Shown here: positions 8,171 through 17,256 of the stretch, in pieces
Layout: each line of letters begins with the position of its first letter
Position numbering within the stretch: the stretch's first letter is position 1
DNA from: Candidatus Bathyarchaeota archaeon
GTDB taxonomy: Archaea > Thermoproteota > Bathyarchaeia > Bathyarchaeales > Bathycorpusculaceae
Assembly (NCBI GenBank): GCA_963775465.1
Contig: CAVZIW010000003.1
Span: forward strand, 96,001-160,000
Direction: 5' to 3'
Length of the DNA: 64,000 nucleotides
Made by a program: the position numbers and the translations under genes
The notes under the pieces: model-generated
The model's database searches: none
What the model saw: only the letters and a program-made list of their open reading frames with translations
Told to the model about the DNA's origin: nothing

Positions 8171-10927
8171 ATGCACTTTTCTAAAAGTAAAAATGCAGCT
8201 TTAGCTTTGGTTATTCTTCTCGCCATCTCAACTGCAACATCAATAACAATGATGATCCCGGCCGCTAGCGCTCACACTCCACCACTAGACATTACAACAA
8301 ACGCTTACATCGCTTCGCTTCCAAATCCAGTCGGCGTCGGTCAATCCACACTCATCTACATGTGGCTCAACCGAGTCTTCGGACAATGGCCATCAGGTGA
8401 ACCAGGAGGTACCATTCACTACGCTGCTGTAAGCAACGACTATAGGTTCCACAACTACAAACTAACCATAGAAGACCCAGACGGACAAACAACCACACAA
8501 ACCTTCGAAACAATCCAGGACACAACCTCATCACAATCCTATTCATTCACACCTGAAAAAGTGGGAACATACATCTTAACCTTCAACTTCCCAGGACAAG
8601 CAGTAAACGACTACCCACACAGCCCAACCACAACAATGGCTAACGACACTTACTTGCCAAGCGAGGCTTCAGTTGAACTTGTCGTTCAAGAAGAACCAAT
8701 CAAAACTTACCCCGACTCTTACCCATTACCCCAAGAATACTGGACAAGACCAATATATGGTGAAAACCAATTTTGGTTTACTGTATCCTCTAACTGGTTA
8801 GGTACCGGTCAACCTGGATACGGCGGCTTCTCAGCCAGCTTCAACTTGGGTGGTAACGGTGCACCTTTCTATGCAGGCGACACAGTAGGGCCGCTCACTA
8901 GTCACATTATGTGGACTAAAGAGCTTCAAACCGGCGGTGTAGTCGGAGGCAACAACTTTGAAATCGCAGGAAATGCATACTTTGAAGGCTCAGCCTACAA
9001 CCAAAGATACCAAAACCCGATAGTAATTAACGGTAAGATCTACTTTAATGAACCAATATCCTTTACAGGCCACAACTACGGTCCACTGGACTGTGTTGAT
9101 CTAAGAACAGGCCAACTAATCTGGTCTCTGCCGATTCCACAAATTTCATTCGCATTAATTTGGGACCACGAAGACCCCAACCAACACGGTGTTTTCCCAG
9201 CAATTCTAGCTTCATCAAACTTTGGTCGACTTTATGACGCAGAAACTGGACAACCTCTCTTCAACGTTACAGGTGTACCATCAGCATCCCAGTGGTCATC
9301 CGCAATAGGTCCAAACGGTGAACAACTCAGATACGTATTCCAGAACCAGGGCACAAACCAAAATCCAAACTGGGTTTTAGCAAGATGGAACTCGACTAAA
9401 CTCTGGAACTTCGGAACCAACCCATTCACAGGCGGCAGCTTACTTTCTCCATCGATCATAAACGCATCAAATAATTTGCTCACAACCGTTCCGCCTTCAC
9501 CTACAAGTTCACAATATGGCGCAACATTCGTAGTTGATGGAGGAGTTAACAATGCATCCGAACCAGAAAACCGCTTCGACTTTAGCGTACCCATCGCATG
9601 GCGAAATACAATGCCAAATTCACCTACTGTTGTCGGAGTCATCCAAGATGACATCATGATAATCGAAAACGGTTCTCTTCCGTCACAAGGTGCAACCTTC
9701 ATGGGTCAACTAGGATTTGACTCCTACACCTACTCTGCAGTTAGCCTGAAACCAGGTCACGAAGGTCAAATACTCTGGATGAAAAACTATGATGCCCCAC
9801 CAGGTAACATTACGGTTCTATTAAATGGAATTGACCCTGTCAACCGTGTCTTTACTGAAAACTTGCGAGAAACACAACAATTCGTTGGTTACGACATGGA
9901 CACTGGAACAAAACTATGGACAACCGAGCCACAAGCAGACTTTGACTACTACGGCAGCCAAGCTTCAGGTAGTTTAGGTGGAACATTTGCTTACGGAAAA
10001 ATGTATAGCAGCGCATATGCAGGAATTATCTACTGCTATGACACAGCAACCGGAGAAACTTTATGGACATACGGAAATGGCGGTGTTCCAGGCAACGATA
10101 CAAATAGCGGCTTCCAAGTACCAGGTAACTACCCAACATTCGTTAACGCCATCGGCAACGACGTGGTATATGCAGTAACTTCAGAGCATACAGTTGAAAT
10201 GCCCGTTTTCAAAGGTGCAATGACCCGTGCAATCAACGCAACCACAGGTGCAGAAATCTGGACGCTTTCATCATATGTGACTGAATTCACAACAACAAGC
10301 TTTGCAGTCGCAGACGGATATGCAACTTGGTTTAACAGCTACGATAACTCTATTTACTCAGTCGGGAGAGGTGGCAGCGCACTAACAGTACAAGCACCAC
10401 AAGCTTCGATAGAACTCGGTCGCTCATTAGTCATCACTGGGAGCATTAAAGATCTTTCAGCAGGCACAATGCAAGATGAACAGGCAGTACGATTCCCCAA
10501 CGGAGTTCCATTAGCATCTGATGACAGCATGACGGACTGGATGGGCTATGTCTACCAGCAAAAACCATTACCAACAAACTTCAAAGGTATAGAAGTCACA
10601 ATTGATGTCATCGACTCTAACGGCAACTACCGCAACATTGGCAACGCAATGACAGACGCGACAGGCATGTACAACTTGCAGTGGACTCCCGATATCGAAG
10701 GCAAATACACAGTAATCGCAACCTTCCATGGAACTAACGGTTATTGGCCATCATACTCAGAGACCGCATTCGCAGTTGACGCAGCAGCGCCAACAGCAGC
10801 GCCGACAGAAGCACCGCCACAATCAACAGCTGACATGTACTTTGTACCTGCAATCGCTGGTCTATTCGTTTTGATCATTATAGTACTAGTCTTAGTAGTA
10901 CTGTTAATGTTCAGAAAACGGCCATAA
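8171..10927 (+). CDS. Secreted, C-terminally anchored PQQ-binding-like beta-propeller protein (paralog 2)
   Basis: Same architecture as 3107-5719, with shared motifs (EYWTRPIYGEN, YFEGSAYNQR, SEHTVE, DGYATWFN). Confidence 0.8.
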   Translation: MHFSKSKNAALALVILLAISTATSITMMIPAASAHTPPLDITTNAYIASLPNPVGVGQSTLIYMWLNRVFGQWPSGEPGGTIHYAAVSNDYRFHNYKLTIEDPDGQTTTQTFETIQDTTSSQSYSFTPEKVGTYILTFNFPGQAVNDYPHSPTTTMANDTYLPSEASVELVVQEEPIKTYPDSYPLPQEYWTRPIYGENQFWFTVSSNWLGTGQPGYGGFSASFNLGGNGAPFYAGDTVGPLTSHIMWTKELQTGGVVGGNNFEIAGNAYFEGSAYNQRYQNPIVINGKIYFNEPISFTGHNYGPLDCVDLRTGQLIWSLPIPQISFALIWDHEDPNQHGVFPAILASSNFGRLYDAETGQPLFNVTGVPSASQWSSAIGPNGEQLRYVFQNQGTNQNPNWVLARWNSTKLWNFGTNPFTGGSLLSPSIINASNNLLTTVPPSPTSSQYGATFVVDGGVNNASEPENRFDFSVPIAWRNTMPNSPTVVGVIQDDIMIIENGSLPSQGATFMGQLGFDSYTYSAVSLKPGHEGQILWMKNYDAPPGNITVLLNGIDPVNRVFTENLRETQQFVGYDMDTGTKLWTTEPQADFDYYGSQASGSLGGTFAYGKMYSSAYAGIIYCYDTATGETLWTYGNGGVPGNDTNSGFQVPGNYPTFVNAIGNDVVYAVTSEHTVEMPVFKGAMTRAINATTGAEIWTLSSYVTEFTTTSFAVADGYATWFNSYDNSIYSVGRGGSALTVQAPQASIELGRSLVITGSIKDLSAGTMQDEQAVRFPNGVPLASDDSMTDWMGYVYQQKPLPTNFKGIEVTIDVIDSNGNYRNIGNAMTDATGMYNLQWTPDIEGKYTVIATFHGTNGYWPSYSETAFAVDAAAPTAAPTEAPPQSTADMYFVPAIAGLFVLIIIVLVLVVLLMFRKRP
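10782..10897 (+). repeat. 116-bp perfect direct repeat, copy 2
   Basis: Identical to 5577-5692. Confidence 0.93.
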
Positions 10928-11211
10928 AAGCAACCCACAACAAGCAACATCCTTTCCTTTTTTCTTTTTTAAACAACTTTTCAATAAACTAGCTGAGAAG
11001 ACTCTGATTCAAATAATTATCTGCTGTAGATTTCGTTAAAATCATTTTATTCGTTCTATTTTCAGAGTTTGTATCCCATATTATAACCAGACAATGATTT
11101 TTTGTCTAAACTTGCTTGGTTAAGAGATAGTAATGCAAGAAATAATACAAGATGCTCGATTTAGAGGCGTCTATTTGATTATTTTTAACACTCTCATTTT
11201 TATCAAATCCT

Positions 11212-12180
11212 TCATTTAGAAGAAACTTGAATCGCTTTGTCCAATTTACTCAGAAGAACTATTCTGCTCTCTGATGCTTGATCCAAAACTTTGTAACCTG
11301 TTTTCTTAGATAGCTGTTTTGCGAACTCTTGAACCTGAGAATGCGAAGGCATAGCGTCAAAGCCGAGTCTCAAATTGCTGAAACCGATATGCATGTAAGC
11401 TTTAGCTTCGATATAAGTGGGGTTTGCTTTCTTAACAAGTTTAGCATAGTCTTCCACCATGTCCATATTGAGCTCCTTTACCAAAGTCATCCGAAGTACG
11501 GTTGGACACCTAAAAGTTGGTAGCAACTCAAGGGTTTGATTGAGTTTTGCCCAAGCATTTGGAAATTCAGGTCGACAAACGCGTTTAAATACATGCTCAT
11601 TGGGCGCGCAGAGTGAAACATATAGTTGGGTTGGTTCTTGGCTAAGGCTGGAGAGTTTGTTGGGTAAATTGCCGTTCGAAACCAGAAAAGTTGTTAAACC
11701 CTTACTATGGAAAGTACCGATTAAATCACCTAGCGACTCGTAGAGGGTGGGTTCACCGGTTAAACTTATGGCTACATGTTTAGGTCTTTGGGCTTCTTGA
11801 AATTTGCGCCAATCAGCTTTTTGGTTGCCTTTATAGCCGCTAATTATTTTATCCTGCGCTTTGAAGCATCCTTCAACAATTTGTTCAGGCGTATCGTTAC
11901 TTGGGTTTTTCATCTCATCCCATGTAACTTGCATGTCTCCACTTTGTGCCCTCCAACAAAACAGACACTGCTGCGTACAATAGTAAAGCGAAGGAGTCAT
12001 TTGGATGCATCTATGAGACTGTATCCCGTAAAACTTCTGCTTATAACACACTCTGCCATTAACTAGAGATTCGTATAGCCATTTGCACCTTTTCACAGCA
12101 GAGTGATTGCCTATCAAATGGTATTTTTGCTTTTTCAAGGCACCTAAAAGTGAATGCTCAGGATTTGACAAATTTGACAC
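11212..12180 (-). CDS. tyw1: 4-demethylwyosine synthase (radical SAM)
   Basis: HSAVKRCKW, CYKQKFYGIQSHRCIQMTP, CTQQCLFCWR, SLTGEPT, KAYMHIG; start approximate. Confidence 0.95.
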   Translation of the reverse strand: MSNLSNPEHSLLGALKKQKYHLIGNHSAVKRCKWLYESLVNGRVCYKQKFYGIQSHRCIQMTPSLYYCTQQCLFCWRAQSGDMQVTWDEMKNPSNDTPEQIVEGCFKAQDKIISGYKGNQKADWRKFQEAQRPKHVAISLTGEPTLYESLGDLIGTFHSKGLTTFLVSNGNLPNKLSSLSQEPTQLYVSLCAPNEHVFKRVCRPEFPNAWAKLNQTLELLPTFRCPTVLRMTLVKELNMDMVEDYAKLVKKANPTYIEAKAYMHIGFSNLRLGFDAMPSHSQVQEFAKQLSKKTGYKVLDQASESRIVLLSKLDKAIQVSSK

Positions 12181-12382
12181 CGATTTTTGTTTAACACTAA
12201 AATGTATGCTCTCTAAAAAGTAATCTCCCACAAGACAATTTTTCTGCATTAAAAAGCTCTCATCTGTTTCTTGACCAACTTCTATCTTTCATAGATGTTA
12301 AAAGGTAAAGTTTAAAATCCTTCTCTTTGTTAAATCATGAGGCGTAGTAATGGAAGGCTATCTGATTGGGAGTGCTTGAGGT

Positions 12383-14449
12383 TTGAACAAAGGTATTACC
12401 TTTTCTATTTTGGTGCTTATTGCAGCTGCCGCGATCCTCATACCCTTTGAAGTTTCCGCACAGAATACAAACCTTGGTATCACCATTCTTCAATTAACAC
12501 CTACAGGTACAGCTCCCATCGGTTCAAGTGTAAACGTACAAGGTACACTCTACACAGCCAACGGATCCTTCCAACTTATCCTTGGCACAACCGTCGTTAA
12601 GAGTGGTGTTGCTGATGGCTTCTATGTTAATGACAACTTTACCGTTCCAGATTTGCCAAGTGGGACGTATCCGTTAACTCTTAAAGATGTGGCAGTATCC
12701 TCAAGCTCAAATCCTCAAGAGTTTACGATTACAACAGGCTACTCAATAACCGCTGTTCCCGCCTCCGTTCAGGAGGGAAACAGCGTAACATTAACTGTTG
12801 CTGTTAAAGGAGGTCAACAAGGAACATCGTACTCAGCAAACATTGTTGTGAGCCTTCCAAACTCAGCAACAACTTACTCAAGAACCGTTATTCTTGGAAC
12901 ACCTAATGATGAAGGAACTGCAAGCTTGCAAATTAGCTTTCCAGACGCCAGTTTTCAACCTGCAGGGGCACTTACTGATTACGCTGGAAGTTATAGCGTC
13001 TCGTTTAACCAGTCTTTGGCAACAGCAAAATTTGACGTAAACATACTTGATTCAAACGCCTACCACAAAGGTCAAACAGTAAGCATACGCGCCACAGGCT
13101 ACCAATCAGACCAAACTGCAACAATAACAGTAATAAGTTCTACAGGTCAAACCCTTCAATCTGCAGAAGTTACTGCCTCCTCCGCGGGTATAATAATCAG
13201 TTCGTGGGTAGTTTCCTCAGCAGCCTCAATAGGAAATTATACTGTTAGAATAAATCCTTCAGGTACTCAAAAAGCCATAGCTGACCAACAGACCTTCTCC
13301 GTTATAGGCTACTCTGTCAAAGTTATAACATACAATTTGGCAGGAGAAATTGTTCCTTCAATAACTCTTCAGGCTGAGGATGCTCACACTCAAGCTGTTT
13401 ATAGTGCGACAAGCGGACCTGACGGAACTGCAAACCTTAAACTTGAAACAGGAACCAACGTTCTAACCGCATTTTGGAACACCGTAAACGTGGGGCAAAC
13501 AAACATAACAGTCAGTGGCGACCAGACTTTTTCTATGACTTGCCAACTAACTAATCTGAAAATAAATACTAAAAATGCACAAGGTATCGATATGCCCTTT
13601 GTAAACCTAAACATAACATACAACTATCAAACCCCCAGTGGTTCAAAGACTGGAAGCGCAACTGGTCAAACGGGGCCATCAGGAAGCTTCACATTAAACT
13701 CAGTTTTGCCAGGAGCAACCTACACAATTGATGCATCAGTGTATAGTCAAATATTTAATGCTGGTAACAACACTGCAAGTAATCTCCCCAGCGTAGCAAC
13801 CTCACAAGTATCCATAATTTGCCCAGATGAAAGCGTAACCTTTAACGTTTTAGGATACAATCAACAAGGCATACCAAATGCACGTCTTGAATTAGTCGAA
13901 TTATCTAATGGCCTATTCTATAGTGCTACAACTGATAGCAACGGTGCAACTACCATAAAAGCTACCTTTGGAATGTACCGTGCAAGATTATTCAAAGATA
14001 ACTTCCTAATTAACGAAACAAACATTCAGGTTTTCAGTTCAGGCCAAAAACAAATCCGGGCCGATCTTTACGGCATTAACCTTTCCGTGTCAGTAGTAGA
14101 CTTCTTTGGGTCCCCGATTTCAAACGTTCAAGTCACAATCAACGGTCAACAGCAACTATCCGAGTCTACACAAAACAATGGGAAAGCAACATTTAACGAC
14201 ATAGTAGGTGGAAACATGCAAATAATCGCTCAAGCTTCCGGAACTCCAAATGCTTATCAAGCTATAACAGTAAACGTTAACCAACCAAGCACTGTGCAGA
14301 TTAGAATGGACAAGTACGTTGCTTTGGGTTCATTGCTTATACAAGCAAGCTCGTTGATCACCATACTCATTATCTTGCTAGCAATAATCTTGTTTGCGTT
14401 GATTGAAGTCGTTCGACGAAGAAGACTCAAACCAACTTCACCAAGCTAA
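12383..14449 (+). CDS. Cell-surface protein with tandem Ig-like/carboxypeptidase-regulatory-like beta-sandwich domains
   Basis: Signal peptide, Ser/Thr/Gly-rich beta-strand repeats, many NxS/T sequons, C-terminal TM followed by RRRR. Confidence 0.72.
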   Translation: MNKGITFSILVLIAAAAILIPFEVSAQNTNLGITILQLTPTGTAPIGSSVNVQGTLYTANGSFQLILGTTVVKSGVADGFYVNDNFTVPDLPSGTYPLTLKDVAVSSSSNPQEFTITTGYSITAVPASVQEGNSVTLTVAVKGGQQGTSYSANIVVSLPNSATTYSRTVILGTPNDEGTASLQISFPDASFQPAGALTDYAGSYSVSFNQSLATAKFDVNILDSNAYHKGQTVSIRATGYQSDQTATITVISSTGQTLQSAEVTASSAGIIISSWVVSSAASIGNYTVRINPSGTQKAIADQQTFSVIGYSVKVITYNLAGEIVPSITLQAEDAHTQAVYSATSGPDGTANLKLETGTNVLTAFWNTVNVGQTNITVSGDQTFSMTCQLTNLKINTKNAQGIDMPFVNLNITYNYQTPSGSKTGSATGQTGPSGSFTLNSVLPGATYTIDASVYSQIFNAGNNTASNLPSVATSQVSIICPDESVTFNVLGYNQQGIPNARLELVELSNGLFYSATTDSNGATTIKATFGMYRARLFKDNFLINETNIQVFSSGQKQIRADLYGINLSVSVVDFFGSPISNVQVTINGQQQLSESTQNNGKATFNDIVGGNMQIIAQASGTPNAYQAITVNVNQPSTVQIRMDKYVALGSLLIQASSLITILIILLAIILFALIEVVRRRRLKPTSPS

Positions 14450-14554
14450 TTTACCCTTTTTAAGAAAAAAGTTTATATTGCTTTTCAGGAACATAAAGAA
14501 AACTAAAGATCTATACAAAAACGTTATTTTGATTTGACATTTGAGGTAAATCCA

Positions 14555-14845
14555 ATGGCTCAATCAAAACCTTGTTCTCCAACATGTTCTGCGTTTAAAT
14601 GTAGCAAAAACTCTTTGATGTACCGACGAGACTCTGTTTGGTGTAGAGAAACCGAGGAACCATGCAACATCGCAAAATGTACTTACTCAATGTGTTTTAA
14701 ACGTCGCTTGCTCCCTGGGGGTATATGCGGCGAAACCGTTAAGCGGAAAACCGTTGAGAAAGATCTAGATGACGACCTCTACGATGACTCGGTTATGCTT
14801 AAAGGAAAAGCATTGCGTAAATTCGGAACCAAAGATTTGTACTAA
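14555..14845 (+). CDS. Small Cys-rich hypothetical protein (probable metal binder)
   Basis: ATG after GAGGT RBS; 8 Cys clustered in the N-terminal half, acidic/basic tail. Confidence 0.7.
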   Translation: MAQSKPCSPTCSAFKCSKNSLMYRRDSVWCRETEEPCNIAKCTYSMCFKRRLLPGGICGETVKRKTVEKDLDDDLYDDSVMLKGKALRKFGTKDLY

Positions 14846-14871
14846 GATGACAAATAGTAAAAACAAAAGTT

Positions 14872-14895
14872 ACTCGTGCAAAAACACGAGTTTTT
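14872..14895. terminator. Hairpin ACTCGTG-caaaaa-CACGAGT with T/A tracts between convergent genes
   Basis: 7-bp inverted repeat followed by a T run, with an A-rich left flank. Confidence 0.5.
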
Positions 14896-14902
14896 CTCCA
14901 AT

Positions 14903-15064
14903 TTATTTTGATTGAACACGTTTTACAACGGGCGGTTTAACTTTCTTTAGAATTCTATACCCGCAAATGATGCATTTAGTTTCTCCACCGCGGAGCTCCA
15001 GTTCTTCAGAGGGCACTCTCGAGCCGCATCTCATGCATTCGTAAACAATACCGGTTTGTTCCAT
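14903..15064 (-). CDS. rpoP: DNA-directed RNA polymerase subunit P (Rpo12), 53 aa, below the ORF-track cutoff
   Basis: Manual translation MEQTGIVYECMRCGSRVPSEELELRGGETKCIICGYRILKKVKPPVVKRVQSK: Zn ribbon plus YRIL.K motif. Confidence 0.93.
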   Translation of the reverse strand: MEQTGIVYECMRCGSRVPSEELELRGGETKCIICGYRILKKVKPPVVKRVQSK

Positions 15065-15142
15065 AGGAAATCTCTCTTCCTACAAAGAAAAGCATTTTAC
15101 TTTTAAACGTTTCCAATACCTTGCAACATATGAGGATGCAAC

Positions 15143-16000
15143 TTGAGAAAACGGCTAAAAGAAAAACTAACACAACTCCCCTTAGAGGAACGCGATAGGG
15201 TTTACAGTTCTTTCGACATAATTGGAGACATAGCTATAATAAAACACAACAACGTTCTAAACGCAAAAATCATCGCAAAAAAAATCCTTGCAACACACAA
15301 AAACGTAAAAACTGTTTTCACTCCAGTAACCCGAATTACTGGAGATTTTAGAGTTAGAAAATTAAAACTTCTAGCTGGAGAGAATAAAACAAGTACGACT
15401 CATAGAGAATCCGGATGCATTTTTAGTGTTGATGTTGAAAAATGCTATTATTCTCCTAGGCTTTCATATGAACACTCGAGGATAGCAGAACTTGCTAATC
15501 CCCACGAAGTTGTTGTTAACATGTTTGCTGGTATAGGCTGTTTTAGTATAGCGCTTGCCAAAAAACAAAGCCAAACTAAAGTCTACTCGATTGATATGAA
15601 CCCCGTGGCGTTTGAGTACATGCAGAAAAATATTGGACTAAATGGTGTCTTTGGCAGAGTTTTCCCAATTTTAGGTGACTCACGAGAAATCATTGAAGGG
15701 CAACTACAAGGCGTTGCCGACAGAGTCTTGATGCCTTTGCCTGAAAAAGCCCTTGAATATTTGGCGGTGGCATTGTCTGCTCTTAAAAATTCGGGCGGGT
15801 GGATTCACTACTATGATTTTCAACACGCAATAGGCAGAGAAGATCCAATAGAAAAAACCAAATTAAAGATTACTGAAAAACTTGACAGTTTGCGAATAAG
15901 ATATGAATTTGTTAATTCTCGAGTTATGCGCCCTACTGGTCCAAACTGGTATCAGACTGTCATAGACATTCGTATAATAGAGTTACCGAGCAAGTTTTAA
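15143..16000 (+). CDS. Trm5/Taw2-family SAM-dependent tRNA G37 modification enzyme
   Basis: SFDIIGDIAI, HRESGC.F.VDVEKCYYSPRLSYE, NMFAGIGCF, DRVLMPLP. Confidence 0.88.
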   Translation: MRKRLKEKLTQLPLEERDRVYSSFDIIGDIAIIKHNNVLNAKIIAKKILATHKNVKTVFTPVTRITGDFRVRKLKLLAGENKTSTTHRESGCIFSVDVEKCYYSPRLSYEHSRIAELANPHEVVVNMFAGIGCFSIALAKKQSQTKVYSIDMNPVAFEYMQKNIGLNGVFGRVFPILGDSREIIEGQLQGVADRVLMPLPEKALEYLAVALSALKNSGGWIHYYDFQHAIGREDPIEKTKLKITEKLDSLRIRYEFVNSRVMRPTGPNWYQTVIDIRIIELPSKF

Positions 16001-16035
16001 TAACTGAACCTAAATTATCCTACTGTGGATTCAAA

Positions 16036-16305
16036 ATGAAACGTAAACTAATGGAAATATTGGCTTGCCCAATCGACAAATACCACCCGCTTGAGCTTCA
16101 CGTTTTTGAAGAAAAAGACGAAATCGTAGAAGGATTAATTGTCTGCCCAAAATGTCAGCGATGGTATCCAATCCGCGATGAAATCCCAGAAATGCTCCCC
16201 GACGAACTTCGAAAAGAAGCAGATGATTTGCCCTTTCTAAAAAAATGGAAGGCGCAGGTTCCTCAAGCAATTGTTTCTGAAGGCAAGCCTTTTAATCTAA
16301 AATAA
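16036..16305 (+). CDS. trm112: Trm112-family methyltransferase activator
   Basis: LMEILACPIDK...LIVCPKCQRWYPIRDEIPEML. Confidence 0.9.
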   Translation: MKRKLMEILACPIDKYHPLELHVFEEKDEIVEGLIVCPKCQRWYPIRDEIPEMLPDELRKEADDLPFLKKWKAQVPQAIVSEGKPFNLK

Positions 16306-16308
16306 ATT

Positions 16309-17256
16309 CTATTTTAGTTGTATCGCCCTATTTTTAGTAGACGATTGGATTGCGGCGGTAGCTATTTCCAGCGCTTTTACCCCGTCTTCTCCTGTCACGA
16401 TGGGTTTTTTCTTTTCTACGATGCAGTCAACAAAGTGTTGTAGCTCGGCTTTTAGGGGTTCTTGGAAAGGAAGTCGAGGTTGCAACGTTTCAGTTTTCTG
16501 TTCAATCCAGAGGTCCTGGGTAATATAATCCAAGCGCATTATGCCCTCGCTTCCAGTTGCGGTTAACATGCGGGTTTTATAGGGGGTAAGCCAATTTGAT
16601 TCAATAAAGGCGCTCTCACCATTTCTGTAGGTGAGCATTATTTGGGCGTAATCTTCGAATTTCTTGATTCTCATACTCCCCATCTTGGCGTAGACTGAGA
16701 CGGGATCTTGCTTAGAAATAAACCGCATAACATCGATGTCGTGAATAGCCGTGTCTTTCACGACTCCAACATCGCCGATACGTTCAGGCCATTGGGAGAC
16801 ACGTTTTGCCGTGACACAGACAAGGTCTCCAATTTTCTTTTCCTCTACAGATTGGCGAATAAGCTGCAAACCAGGAATAAACCGCATCAGAAATCCAACC
16901 GTTAAGTGTAGCCCGTTTTCTTGTGCTGTCTGTACCAGTTTTTGGGCTTGTTGGGGCGTTGTCGCCATAGGTTTTTCTACTAAAACGTGTTTTCCCGCAT
17001 TAAGGGCTTTTTTTGCTTCTTTCGCTAAAATCGTTGACCAAGTACAAACGTTCACAGCTTCGATTTGTTTGTCTTTTAACATTTGGGTGCTGTCTGAATA
17101 AGCTTTTACACCATATTGGGCTGCCATGGCTTTGGCTCTTTCAGCATTAACGTCACATACTGCAACTAGTTGGGTTGAGGATAACTCTTTGTAAACTCTA
17201 GCGTGGTTTTTGCCCCACTGGCCTGTACCAATCACTGCTACGCCCAATTTTCTCAT
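16309..17256 (-). CDS. Gfo/Idh/MocA oxidoreductase (UDP-GlcNAc 3-dehydrogenase-like)
   Basis: GTGQWG, HVLVEKP, DVGVVKDTAIHDID, NWLTPYK.R. Confidence 0.88.
   Translation of the reverse strand: MRKLGVAVIGTGQWGKNHARVYKELSSTQLVAVCDVNAERAKAMAAQYGVKAYSDSTQMLKDKQIEAVNVCTWSTILAKEAKKALNAGKHVLVEKPMATTPQQAQKLVQTAQENGLHLTVGFLMRFIPGLQLIRQSVEEKKIGDLVCVTAKRVSQWPERIGDVGVVKDTAIHDIDVMRFISKQDPVSVYAKMGSMRIKKFEDYAQIMLTYRNGESAFIESNWLTPYKTRMLTATGSEGIMRLDYITQDLWIEQKTETLQPRLPFQEPLKAELQHFVDCIVEKKKPIVTGEDGVKALEIATAAIQSSTKNRAIQLK

Noticed and set aside
5577-10897. Diversity-generating retroelement TR/VR pair or CRISPR repeat
   Set aside because: Only two copies, fully identical with no adenine-specific mismatches, both inside coding anchors; no reverse transcriptase or cas gene.
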